From a virus: a stretch of 64,000 nucleotides of DNA. The stretch is taken from IMG/VR virus record IMGVR_UViG_3300005253_000946, one strand, 5' to 3'. The notes under the pieces are model-generated. The model did not search any database. It saw nothing but the letters and a program-made list of their open reading frames with translations, and had not been told where the DNA came from. Of this stretch, positions 9,842-19,340 are shown piece by piece. How positions within the stretch are numbered: the stretch's first letter is position 1; every line of letters starts with the position of its first letter. The position numbers were made by a program, and so were the translations under genes.

Positions 9842-10834
9842 TTAGTAATTTGACGACTTACTACCCTCGAAGATATTTGGTTCTCCGAGTATAGCAGCTT
9901 GCTCGTCTAGTGTTGGCGCTACCAATATGCTTTGGAACTCGAACAACTCGATATGTTGTTTGAACTCCTTACCAAGCCTTCCTGTCTGACCCGATTTCTG
10001 GAGTTGTAACGCCGATTGTGTACCTTCACCGGCTTTCTTTATGTGTACGTCGACATCATAAATCTCGGTGCGTTCAGGATTATCACAACTTTCACAGTCT
10101 ATGACTTCCTCCGGTGTACCTTCGTAGTCACAGTGAGAACAAGAACCCTCACGACCAGAGAACTCATTAATTTCTTTGGGTGACCATTCAGTTAGATCGT
10201 CAGCAGAAACTATCTCTCCTTCACAGGCTGGACAGTCAAAAGATACTACATGGATATCTCCTCCACAACTTCTGCAGGTTTTACCTATGTGTTCTTGAAA
10301 CTCTCCGAGGTGCGACAGGTGTGATGGTCCGAGAGTTAACATACGGGCACCAGCGATAGTCATGTCCATATCCTTCTCGCAACTGCCTTTACAGGGTCTG
10401 GACATGGTACAGGGTTCGAAACGAGGCTTCTTACTAGAATCGTCGTTAGGCTTTAGATGCCCTACTGTATAGTCGATCAGTTGTAGGGGAGTCATAATCC
10501 TAAACGGACTGATGTGTTTTTTACCTGCAGATGCGTAATGGCAGCTAAGGCATCTTCCTTGCTTGTCTGTATCTGTCGAGCAGATCATGTTAAAGCCTTT
10601 ACGTTTACCATCTTTGCTGGGTCTGTTGATCCAATGCTCTTTATAGGAGAAGAGATCTGTATCTATACCGTCACCGTAAGGGACTTCGATGGTAATCTCG
10701 TTCTTTATAAATCTGACCTTGGCTGAGTCAGAATCTTTCTTTGGTGGCCAGAATGCGGGGATTCCGTGCCACTTAGGAAAATTACCTCCAGAACCTTTTA
10801 GATTCTTTTGTGCCTTGGTTTTGAACTTGTTCAT
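9842..10834 (-). CDS. putative gp32-like single-stranded DNA-binding protein with Zn-ribbon insertion
   Basis: KVRFI...YKEHWIN...CSTD...CLSCHY, IKKAGEGT, four CxxC pairs; lies between polymerase and primase. Confidence 0.55.
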   Translation of the reverse strand: MNKFKTKAQKNLKGSGGNFPKWHGIPAFWPPKKDSDSAKVRFIKNEITIEVPYGDGIDTDLFSYKEHWINRPSKDGKRKGFNMICSTDTDKQGRCLSCHYASAGKKHISPFRIMTPLQLIDYTVGHLKPNDDSSKKPRFEPCTMSRPCKGSCEKDMDMTIAGARMLTLGPSHLSHLGEFQEHIGKTCRSCGGDIHVVSFDCPACEGEIVSADDLTEWSPKEINEFSGREGSCSHCDYEGTPEEVIDCESCDNPERTEIYDVDVHIKKAGEGTQSALQLQKSGQTGRLGKEFKQHIELFEFQSILVAPTLDEQAAILGEPNIFEGSKSSNY

Positions 10835-11873
10835 TTAGTTGGTTCCTTTTCTTTCTCTTGGTTTGTGTTTTATAGACCAATGGGGTCACCGTTTGTTTTA
10901 AGAGAGTTTCTATATCTGTTCTAGTCATACCAGCTTTAACTTCTCCTTGTGCATCGATTTCTGGTGCAGCATCTTTCCTGTGTTCTGGATATGATGCTAT
11001 CTCTACCCTTATACCAGCTCGTTTTAGAAGTCTACCTAAAGATCTGAGAGTCCCTTCCTGACCTGCTTCGTCGTTATCTAATGCCAGTATTACTTTCAAA
11101 TCAAACATACCTAGTAGCTCCAGCTGTCGATTTGTAATAACCGAAGTCAATGTAGCGACTACGTTGTGCACACCTTTCTGCCAAAGCCATATACAATCTT
11201 TCTGACCTTCTACTACAACTATCTCTTTAAGATCTCCTAAGAGTAACTTAGGATAGACTCTGTGAAGATTATATAGATAACCGCCCTTGATAATTTTGTC
11301 TTTACTAGCTTCTACGATATCGTACAAGTGGTCATACATCACTAGTTGTGGGACTATATTAGGTAAAATAGTTTTTGCATAAACGATACGTAAGTTACCC
11401 TGATGATCTCTCACTGGGTAAGTTATTCGATACCCTTTATTGTCAAAACCTACTTCAAATCTCTGAAGCACTTCTTTTTTGAAACCCATCTCGATAAGGT
11501 TTGTAGGACAAAAGTCATACAGACCTAAGTAGGATTCTGGGATAACAGGGGCCTCAATTAATTCGTAACGTTCGTTCTTCCTTCTTATACGCTTCTTTAT
11601 GTCTTTGTCTTGAGTGTCTTCTGATATAATTTTAGCTGCTCTGTTGATTACAGATGTCGGTGAGTTCATTAATTTCAATAGGTACTGGAATGGACCTGCA
11701 GTATGGCATCCGTAACAGTTAAAGACTCCTTCATGAATATTTAAGGTAAAACTAGGCGTATTATCGTCATGCCAAGGAAAAGGACATCTCGATATAACGT
11801 TACCACTAGAGGTCACTTTATACCCATCTAGGTTGGATTCAGAGAAACCATATACCAGATCTTCTATACTCAC
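10782..11873 (-). CDS. dnaG: DnaG-type primase
   Basis: CHC2 finger CPFPWHDDNTPSF...CYGC; TOPRIM VVEGQKDC and LALDNDEAG. Confidence 0.9.
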   Translation of the reverse strand: MSIEDLVYGFSESNLDGYKVTSSGNVISRCPFPWHDDNTPSFTLNIHEGVFNCYGCHTAGPFQYLLKLMNSPTSVINRAAKIISEDTQDKDIKKRIRRKNERYELIEAPVIPESYLGLYDFCPTNLIEMGFKKEVLQRFEVGFDNKGYRITYPVRDHQGNLRIVYAKTILPNIVPQLVMYDHLYDIVEASKDKIIKGGYLYNLHRVYPKLLLGDLKEIVVVEGQKDCIWLWQKGVHNVVATLTSVITNRQLELLGMFDLKVILALDNDEAGQEGTLRSLGRLLKRAGIRVEIASYPEHRKDAAPEIDAQGEVKAGMTRTDIETLLKQTVTPLVYKTQTKRKKRNQLNEQVQNQGTKESKRFWR

Positions 11874-13249
11874 TTAGGTTTTTTCCTTCTACCCATCTCT
11901 ACTGTTAAGTCCATATCACTTTCGTCGAACTCTCCTGGGTTATATACATCTGCCGTACGTTTCTCATTAACACCATCTTTCCGGTTCTGGTCTTCTTCGT
12001 AGTTTTCTTCAATCAGGCCTAAGAATCTTAGGTCTTGAGCCAGCCTAGCTCTTGCTCTAAATCCGTATAGAGCAGTCTCTCTGGCACCAGTTAGTACCCA
12101 ATCTATGTAGCCCTCACTTTTGTTGAACCGTAGTCTGATAATCAGATCGGCATCCTGACCAAAACTGTCTGCGTACGCTATATCATCTACATCAGACCCA
12201 CCTTTATTTTTAGCTTTAACTGCAGACCTATTTTGTTGGGTAGTACCTATTATAGGTATTTTTGTGGACTGAGCTAACTCTTTAAGGTCTTGAGTGATGT
12301 TATACATAGCTCTCCAGTCAGAAGTCTTACTGGTGCTACGGTCATCGCGCATAAGATAGATACCGTCTAAGAACACTATGTCTGGAGAGACCTCTTCAAT
12401 TTTAGCTCTTAATGCTGTTACACCGCCGCCAGACTGTCTTCTACGACCTCCGCTTTTTTGGGCGCTGATAATCAACCGTTTGTTCTTAGAGATATCTTTT
12501 ACTACTTGATTGAAACGCTGTTCTTCCAGAGTAGTGAGTTTACCTTGTCTGAATCGTCGGTAATCAAGTTTAGCAATAATGGCAGCACACCTACGCATTA
12601 AAGCCTTTTTAGACATCTCCTTTGTCTCTATTAACGTTTTATAACCTCTCTCAAACTTATGTACTGCCTCAGCTAGTAGCATCCATGTCTTCGCATTTTT
12701 AGGACGAGCGTAAAAAACAATAAAATCTTCTTCGTGTATACCACCCAACTCGGTGTTTAGAATGTCGAATCTCCACGGTATACCCGTGAGTCCTTTCTGC
12801 TCCTTAACCATGTAGTACTCTTCTTGTACTTCACTCATCCCATCGCCTATAACCATATCATCTGGATCGGAGTACCTACCAGAAAGAGTAGTAGACCCTG
12901 CCTGTAGCCTATCTAATGCAGAGAATGGTTCAGCTTCTACTACTTCAGCTATAGAAACTTGTAGATTGTTTATATCATTTTCCAGCAGAGCAGACTGGAC
13001 TTGGTCTAGAATAGCTTCCAGGGAATCTCTAGTAGGCCTAGGTAGTTCGACAGGACCCATCTTTTCAAAGAACATCTCTTTTGAAAGTACTGTACCAAAA
13101 TCTATATAGTTGGTCAGTATTTTCTCTAGAGCTTCGGAACAGTTTGGATTAGTCAGGTCAGCGGGTGTAATTCCTCGTCTGATAACCTCTTTCAGTTGTC
13201 CACTATAAATTATCTTACTGATTAAGAGTAGCTCCCAGTTAACCGGCAT
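11870..13249 (-). CDS. dnaB: DnaB-like replicative helicase
   Basis: YARPKNAKTW (H1), ETKEM, VFLDGIYLM (H2), TTQQNR (H3), YADSFGQDAD (H4). Confidence 0.9.
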   Translation of the reverse strand: MPVNWELLLISKIIYSGQLKEVIRRGITPADLTNPNCSEALEKILTNYIDFGTVLSKEMFFEKMGPVELPRPTRDSLEAILDQVQSALLENDINNLQVSIAEVVEAEPFSALDRLQAGSTTLSGRYSDPDDMVIGDGMSEVQEEYYMVKEQKGLTGIPWRFDILNTELGGIHEEDFIVFYARPKNAKTWMLLAEAVHKFERGYKTLIETKEMSKKALMRRCAAIIAKLDYRRFRQGKLTTLEEQRFNQVVKDISKNKRLIISAQKSGGRRRQSGGGVTALRAKIEEVSPDIVFLDGIYLMRDDRSTSKTSDWRAMYNITQDLKELAQSTKIPIIGTTQQNRSAVKAKNKGGSDVDDIAYADSFGQDADLIIRLRFNKSEGYIDWVLTGARETALYGFRARARLAQDLRFLGLIEENYEEDQNRKDGVNEKRTADVYNPGEFDESDMDLTVEMGRRKKPK

Positions 13250-13586
13250 CTAATTCAGACTCCTCAAAGTGTGCAAAGATGTCCTCTCCTGTTATTTCTT
13301 CTGCTTTACGCCTCAAATCTGTCTTTTTCCTCAAATCAATAGTTAGTTCTTCTGCGGTAGCCGGTGACACATCTTCGAATAAGACAGGTAGCAGTTCGTT
13401 GATCGCACTTTTTACTAATACCAGTATAGCATCGTGTACTTCTTTGGATGTTAGAGAAGGCCATGTACCGGCTCCGTATGATACTCCTTTATCATCTATC
13501 AATTCATACTCACAATTAGTGGTACCTGATTTGGCATTTATGTGGACAGACGAAAGCCTTATTCCAGTAATTTTAGATGCACTCAT
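13239..13586 (-). CDS. hypothetical protein
   Basis: 115-aa ORF coupled to neighbouring genes. Confidence 0.7.
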   Translation of the reverse strand: MSASKITGIRLSSVHINAKSGTTNCEYELIDDKGVSYGAGTWPSLTSKEVHDAILVLVKSAINELLPVLFEDVSPATAEELTIDLRKKTDLRRKAEEITGEDIFAHFEESELDAG

Positions 13587-13798
13587 TGAGAACCTCCATT
13601 GAGAATGTCTGCCTTGAGAATCTCTAGATCACCCAATAGACTGCTGACACTGGTTTCTGTGTAAGCTATAAGGTGCTCTCCGTCTTTTGTTAAACCAATT
13701 ATAGCCACACGTTCTAATTCATCTTCGTGAGCAGATAGGAAGCCTACAACTCTCTCAGTAGACTTAGGTCTCAACTTAACTATGCTGTTGTTCGACAT
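13583..13798 (-). CDS. hypothetical protein (about 71 aa)
   Basis: Start moved to MSNN at 13798, which has a GAGGAG RBS. Confidence 0.65.
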   Translation of the reverse strand: MSNNSIVKLRPKSTERVVGFLSAHEDELERVAIIGLTKDGEHLIAYTETSVSSLLGDLEILKADILNGGSQ

Positions 13799-14231
13799 GC
13801 ACCTTCTCCTCAATTGTGACTGCCACACTACTGACTTTTACAGTTATAAAGTCCGACAGGTCAATATTGTTATTGTCTGCCCATATAGTTAAGGCTTTAG
13901 GATTTGCTTCTTTCACTATAATAGAGGTGTCTTTACCTTCTACGTCTATAGTCTCGGTTTCTAGACCAGGGAATTTCTTTAACAAAGCTTTTACATCAAT
14001 TATCTTGGTCTTTCTTTCTGTTAATTTGAACTCAATATCATCAAACGCTCTAGCGATCCCTTTTGACTTCACCCAAGTTTTTGACTTTTCCTCAAGTGTT
14101 TTAAGTTCATTAAGTATCAGGGTGTATTCTTCTAGAATATCTGCATTATCTTCTTCGAAACCCCGTACACGCTTCAGAGCCTTTATGTGTTCCTTAATCG
14201 GTTTAGGAATTAGTTTGTCTATCCTTCCCAT
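13776..14231 (-). CDS. hypothetical protein
   Basis: 151-aa ORF within the operon. Confidence 0.7.
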   Translation of the reverse strand: MGRIDKLIPKPIKEHIKALKRVRGFEEDNADILEEYTLILNELKTLEEKSKTWVKSKGIARAFDDIEFKLTERKTKIIDVKALLKKFPGLETETIDVEGKDTSIIVKEANPKALTIWADNNNIDLSDFITVKVSSVAVTIEEKVHVEQQHS

Positions 14232-14235
14232 ATCT

Positions 14236-14955
14236 CTATCCTTCCCGTAATTCTGTTATATCTCTTATAGGTATATCAATTTTGTTCTCAATTTTTTGAA
14301 ATGTATCTAGTGATGCCAACATCTTTTGTAGATCGAGAATAGTAGATACTATAGGACCATCTTTTTTGTTCTCACTCGGATTACGTAGTAAGTAAGATGG
14401 GTGAAATATAGGGAAGGCTGGGTAACGAACTGGACCGAACATCCCAGGAATCTCTACTGTATGCATTTCTCCCTTAGAAGATGTTATCTTTTTTTTATCA
14501 CCGAAGAACGCTGAGAGAGCTACGTTCCCTAATAATAAGACTATTAGAGGGTCTATGATGTAAATAGTTTCACACAAACGTTTCCAACAGTTAGTGATCT
14601 CATCTTTGGTGGGCTTCCTGTTACTAGGAGGTCGACACATCACAACATTTGTGGTGTACAAAACTTCAGTTCTGGGAGAATCTTTAGATATTAGACACAC
14701 TTGATGTAATAGTTTGTCTAACATCTTACCAGATGGACCTACGAAAGGTTCTCCTGTTAAATCTTCTTCCAATCCAGGTGCTTCACCTACGATCAGGATA
14801 TTGGCATTTAAGTTGCCCGTACCGAAAACGGTGTTACCTAACTCCTCGTCTTCAATTTTGGAGTCTAGTCTACACTGATACAGGTTCGAGCATTTCTTAC
14901 AATCTTTATACTGGGCTTCAAGTTCTTGTAATCGTTCTTGTTTAGTTAATAGCAC
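14236..14955 (-). CDS. uracil-DNA glycosylase family 4 (Fe-S)
   Basis: CKKC, VGEAPG..ED..G.PFVGPSG, TNVVMCRPPSNRKP, FHPSYLLRN. Confidence 0.92.
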   Translation of the reverse strand: MLLTKQERLQELEAQYKDCKKCSNLYQCRLDSKIEDEELGNTVFGTGNLNANILIVGEAPGLEEDLTGEPFVGPSGKMLDKLLHQVCLISKDSPRTEVLYTTNVVMCRPPSNRKPTKDEITNCWKRLCETIYIIDPLIVLLLGNVALSAFFGDKKKITSSKGEMHTVEIPGMFGPVRYPAFPIFHPSYLLRNPSENKKDGPIVSTILDLQKMLASLDTFQKIENKIDIPIRDITELREG

Positions 14956-14967
14956 CCTTTTTTCCTC

Positions 14968-15339
14968 CTAGGGGTTTTTAGGTCTTGGTATTGAGTTGGC
15001 TGGTGCGAATTCTAGTCCACTGTTACGGCCTCTAAAACTTAGATACTCTTTTCGAATCTGACTCTCTGGGGAGTCAGTTATCTCTTGTAGAGCCACTGGC
15101 ATTATTTCTACTTTGACCAGTTCGTTTATACCAGGCTCTAGTGATAGAACCACTGTGATTTGTTGAGCCATCATCCCTTGGGGGCCTTGAACCATACCCA
15201 TCTGAACCAAAAGTCTGGCAGTTTTCTCTAGAACATATCTTTGTCCGAAAGAGGATCTAAGTGTTCCCACCTCTTCGTCGGAAAGTTCAGATATGTAATC
15301 TCTAGCCACTGAATCAGTTATGACAAATAGTTTGGACAT
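14968..15339 (-). CDS. hypothetical protein
   Basis: 123-aa ORF with GGAGG RBS. Confidence 0.7.
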   Translation of the reverse strand: MSKLFVITDSVARDYISELSDEEVGTLRSSFGQRYVLEKTARLLVQMGMVQGPQGMMAQQITVVLSLEPGINELVKVEIMPVALQEITDSPESQIRKEYLSFRGRNSGLEFAPANSIPRPKNP

Positions 15340-15351
15340 TTTGTAGGCCTC

Positions 15352-16740
15352 CTAAACCTTGATTGATATAAAATCGTAACCCATTTCGGCTAAGACCTTC
15401 TTAGCTTTCTTGGCTGTGCTGTAAGTAGGGGCAATAAGCGGATCTTCGAATACAATACAGAGAGGGTCTTTCTTTCCTTCATACTCTCTTTGCGCTCTTC
15501 CCAACAACTGTCTCCAGAATATCGGTTTAGAGTAAGGTATGGTGACAAAAATAGTGTCTAGTTCTTCCTTGTCTAACGCTTCGTATCCTAACTCATGTGT
15601 AGCTACTAAGACCTTGCCTTCCGTTATATCTTGTTGTCGCTTAGCCCTCCTACCCTTACCAACTACTCCATAGATCAGCTTGGCATCAACACCAAGGTTA
15701 GTCAACTGTTCGTGTAGATATTCAGCGTGAGCTTTTGTAGGGGTACAGATCATTATAGTTCTTCCTGCCTTAATCGCTTTCATAACCTCTTGTAAAATAA
15801 AAGAGTTTCGATCTTCATCTTCGAGGACGAATTTAACAATCTTAGAGGATATAATACGTCCTGTATCTAGATTTACATAATCATCTAGATTCTTTACTTC
15901 TGTTTTTGTTCTTAAAAACCTGATATTTATTTTTAACGGCTGTTCCAGATTTATGTATAGAGGTTCTCCTAGATGATACTGATAAATCTTCTCCATACCA
16001 TCAGACCGTTCGTGTGTAGCTGTTATACCTAATCTACGGCCTATAAAGAGATTCGCTGCTCTAGAGAATACCTCGGCCGCTACATGATGTGCTTCGTCAT
16101 AGATAGCTGTTCCGAATCTTAACCTGTAGCGCATACTAACTTTCCCACGGCTAGAAGCTAAAGTATGTATCATCGCTATAACGATAGGCTTTAGAAAATT
16201 TTTATCGTTGATTGATTTGGTTCCCGACACCAGCCCTATGTCTCTTTTATCCCAGAGGGTTAGTTTTTCTATTTCGTTAGACCACTGACTCATAAGCTGT
16301 GTTTTATTTACCACTACTATAATAGGGTGAGTAGGAGCGATTAGTGCCTCCTTTAATGATATAGCCGTTTTACCTCTACCACATGCCAGAACTAGTGTAC
16401 CTTCCTTACCTCTTATAGCTTTTAGAGCCTCCCTTTGAATATCGTCCCTGGGTTCTATAGACGAGTGTACGTTAACCTTTTCAAATTCTTTATAGACACT
16501 TATGTCTACAAAAGGTATACCGGCTTTAAGTAGCTGCTCCTGGGTATAAAAATTACGAGGAACTATTAGGTGTGTATCTGTCTCTTTCCATATAGCTATA
16601 CTCCTAACTGTTCCTGTAGATGGAAAAAACGTCAACGAGTTTTTAACTACCTGTACGTTAACCAGCTTCTTCGGCAACAGTAGGTCGAATATCTTGTACG
16701 CAGTATCATTTTTTAGGGGTAATATTCTTCGTTTTGGCAA
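15352..16740 (-). CDS. SF2 DEAH helicase (UvsW/XPB-like)
   Basis: LACGRGKT, YDEAHH, GITATHERSDG, EALD, QLLGRAQR; TTG start with AGGAG RBS. Confidence 0.88.
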   Translation of the reverse strand: MPKRRILPLKNDTAYKIFDLLLPKKLVNVQVVKNSLTFFPSTGTVRSIAIWKETDTHLIVPRNFYTQEQLLKAGIPFVDISVYKEFEKVNVHSSIEPRDDIQREALKAIRGKEGTLVLACGRGKTAISLKEALIAPTHPIIVVVNKTQLMSQWSNEIEKLTLWDKRDIGLVSGTKSINDKNFLKPIVIAMIHTLASSRGKVSMRYRLRFGTAIYDEAHHVAAEVFSRAANLFIGRRLGITATHERSDGMEKIYQYHLGEPLYINLEQPLKINIRFLRTKTEVKNLDDYVNLDTGRIISSKIVKFVLEDEDRNSFILQEVMKAIKAGRTIMICTPTKAHAEYLHEQLTNLGVDAKLIYGVVGKGRRAKRQQDITEGKVLVATHELGYEALDKEELDTIFVTIPYSKPIFWRQLLGRAQREYEGKKDPLCIVFEDPLIAPTYSTAKKAKKVLAEMGYDFISIKV

Positions 16741-17200
16741 CTTTAAATCTCCTGGTTAGAAAATAGTCTGAAACTTCTCTAGCTGCGGCAGATATAGCCC
16801 TTTCAATAGATCTTATTGCTACCTCAATCATTACCTCTTTAAAAGGTCTACTTTCCACTGCTTCTAGCAAAGGAGGTATTTCCCTTGGGTGGTTATGGTT
16901 TGTGCGATCAATATCTGTAGCACCACTATTACCTCCCCAAGCAGATATTTTACAAGAGGACCGTTTAGCGCACTTAACACACTCACGGTGACCTTCTTCA
17001 TAAGTTCCATAACATGGGTGAGTATCATATACTGAGCCTGCTCCTTTCGCTTTCTTAGATTTCTTTAACAACGGTCTCGATGCTTCATTGTTTATAGTTT
17101 CAGTTCTGCAACTAGATTTTTCGAAGCAGTATTCACATTCAGAATTACCATCCTCGTAGTGCATACTGTAACAGTAATCTCGATTATCTCTATCTCTCAT
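16706..17200 (-). CDS. Cys-rich hypothetical protein (first gene of the replication operon)
   Basis: Two similar Cys modules (CYSMHYEDGNSECEYCFEKSSC and CYGTYEEGHRECVKCAKRSSC); probable start MRDRD at 17200 with GAGGAG RBS (ORF track begins at 17257). Confidence 0.65.
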   Translation of the reverse strand: MRDRDNRDYCYSMHYEDGNSECEYCFEKSSCRTETINNEASRPLLKKSKKAKGAGSVYDTHPCYGTYEEGHRECVKCAKRSSCKISAWGGNSGATDIDRTNHNHPREIPPLLEAVESRPFKEVMIEVAIRSIERAISAAAREVSDYFLTRRFKVAKTKNITPKK

Positions 17201-17352
17201 TGTAAGGTGTAGCTCCTCTTGGTTAAAAGTGGGTAACAAACTGCTGCGTGTAAACATCTTATGCTATTAAATCCGTACCCTTACTTGACGTTAGAAGGCT
17301 ATTAGTAGAGAATCATAATGAAACCCTGTATCCATAATCGGAGGCAAAAGTC

Positions 17353-18447
17353 ATGGCATTAGAAGGTTTATTCGATCACTCTGACGATCCTACTGGTAAA
17401 ATCCTGGTAAGCAACTTAGGTCCATCTCTCGGCCCTGCTGTAATGCAGAAAGTAGCCGAGGTTAATTATAAAGAACTCCCTGATTCTGCATTCGCTCTTG
17501 TAGTAGCAGGTAAAGGTGAGACGCTTAGAAAGTTCGCTTGTATAAATCCAGAGACGACTTTAGCTTCTTTAGTTTATTTCGCAGCAAGCACTGGGCATAT
17601 ACCTACAGCTCTTGCTAAAACAGCGGCTGTAAATTTATCTGAAGCATGTAAAAGTTTTGGGTTAAAAGTTCCTTCAATGATCAGCGAGTTTAATGCTGAC
17701 GAAGATACCTTAAATGTTGTGGTTAGGGATAAGAACGATTACTCTCTTGATGATCTCTCAGGTTATTTGTTAAAAGAAGCAAGTGTTCCTAAGAACTTTG
17801 CTTATAAAGAAGAGGGTCTGTTCAGTACTTCTACAAAAGAAGCCGCTACAAGTTCGATAAAAGAATTTGAGAAGATGGCTCATACACTATCTCCTGATAA
17901 CAAGCGTGAGGTAGCCAAAGAACTGTCTACCAGATGCCAGGCTTGGGGTGTTAGTCCTAGCGAATTTATTTCTAAACATGCCTCTAATCAAAGGTCTGAA
18001 GAGAATTTAAATGTTGGCATAAACCTTAGACTAACTCGGTTAAATGATATTGAAGAGAACGAACCTCACAGAGAAGCTCTTCATAAATTAGCATCGGCTG
18101 TAAATGACTTGGAGGACAGCGAGATTGTTGATGCATTTAAAGAGATAGATCGTAGAGCTGGGTTTGACTATAAATATACTCAAGTACCTGACCCCTTCCA
18201 AAGCGTGTTTGGTTTAGCTAAAGAAGCAGGCTTTACTTTCCTACACGGAAATGACAGAGTTACCGGAGATCAGTTGGGTATACTAGCTGAGAACCCTACA
18301 GTTTTAAAGAATAACTTTACCGAGGAGTTTGTGTCAGCGTTTAAAAGTGACCCAGTTACCATCTTTGAATCGTTACCCCTGCCACAGAAGTTAGTTCTGT
18401 GCCGTGTAGCTAACGATATAGGTACTTCAAACGCCACACCAGCATAG
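17353..18447 (+). CDS. putative virion head/core protein with repeated K-x-A motifs
   Basis: GGAGG RBS; KTAA, KEAS, KEAA, KHAS, KLAS, KEAG; first gene of the structural module. Confidence 0.55.
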   Translation: MALEGLFDHSDDPTGKILVSNLGPSLGPAVMQKVAEVNYKELPDSAFALVVAGKGETLRKFACINPETTLASLVYFAASTGHIPTALAKTAAVNLSEACKSFGLKVPSMISEFNADEDTLNVVVRDKNDYSLDDLSGYLLKEASVPKNFAYKEEGLFSTSTKEAATSSIKEFEKMAHTLSPDNKREVAKELSTRCQAWGVSPSEFISKHASNQRSEENLNVGINLRLTRLNDIEENEPHREALHKLASAVNDLEDSEIVDAFKEIDRRAGFDYKYTQVPDPFQSVFGLAKEAGFTFLHGNDRVTGDQLGILAENPTVLKNNFTEEFVSAFKSDPVTIFESLPLPQKLVLCRVANDIGTSNATPA

Positions 18448-18449
18448 AC

Positions 18450-19337
18450 ATGAGCGATAAAGACTCTGAATTTTATATAGGTGTCCCAGGTAAGGAGTAT
18501 ATACCCGCTGATACCATACCTACTCCTGAGAGCCTGTTTATGGCACGTCTCTCCGACCCTGCTGCGCCTATAGAAGCAGATCTTCAAAAAGAGGCAGAAT
18601 CGGTCGAAGAAAAGACTTCTTACGCTACCATCATAAACAAACCGGCCGACGATCTTTCTTCTTCTAGACTTAAAGTAGGAGTCATATTCGTCGAAGACGA
18701 TATATCTCCATTGGTTTACGAAATCCTTCTGCGTCGATTGTTCGGCAATAACTGGATAGCCCCGGATGATTTGTATGAAGATGTATGGACTCCAGAAACT
18801 ATCTGGTCTGGTATAGAGGAAGAGTTTGGAGTAGAACCATCTAGGCTTACAAAAGACAAGATTCTTGCGGTACAGTTGATGCGTAATTCAGACGATTATT
18901 GGAACGATATAGATATATTTGAGAAGATAACCCAAGCTTTTAATAATAACATTCCTATATTTACTCTAAGACAAGAGGCGACTATATCTCAAATTCTTTG
19001 GAGTGTGACGTTAGCCAACCTATTTGAGAAAAATACCTTTAGCCACGAGGTCAGAGCTTATATAGCTGCTGCCTTTTTCAATAGTGGTTTATGGTGGGCA
19101 CCTCCCTTAATAAAATTTGCACAACCTCTGTTAGGTATACTAGCTACACAGAACGAGTTACCGGCCTTTGAACCGTCTAAAATATCTAAAACTTACAATC
19201 AGGTTAAAGAAATGCCTTCAGATTCTGTAAGATTTGAAGAGGATGTTATTGGTATACAGGTACAAAAACTTCTTTTAGCTAGAGACTATGTTAGTAAGAG
19301 GAGTGCAGAGCTGCATGGTCAGATAGCGGAGTTATGA
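18450..19337 (+). CDS. hypothetical protein, probably virion-associated
   Basis: 295-aa ORF directly upstream of the portal. Confidence 0.6.
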   Translation: MSDKDSEFYIGVPGKEYIPADTIPTPESLFMARLSDPAAPIEADLQKEAESVEEKTSYATIINKPADDLSSSRLKVGVIFVEDDISPLVYEILLRRLFGNNWIAPDDLYEDVWTPETIWSGIEEEFGVEPSRLTKDKILAVQLMRNSDDYWNDIDIFEKITQAFNNNIPIFTLRQEATISQILWSVTLANLFEKNTFSHEVRAYIAAAFFNSGLWWAPPLIKFAQPLLGILATQNELPAFEPSKISKTYNQVKEMPSDSVRFEEDVIGIQVQKLLLARDYVSKRSAELHGQIAEL

Positions 19338-19340
19338 TCT

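Noticed and set aside
17280-17320. sigma70 promoter for the structural module
   Set aside because: TTGACG is present, but the only good -10 (CATAAT) is 23 nt away; too weak to list as a feature
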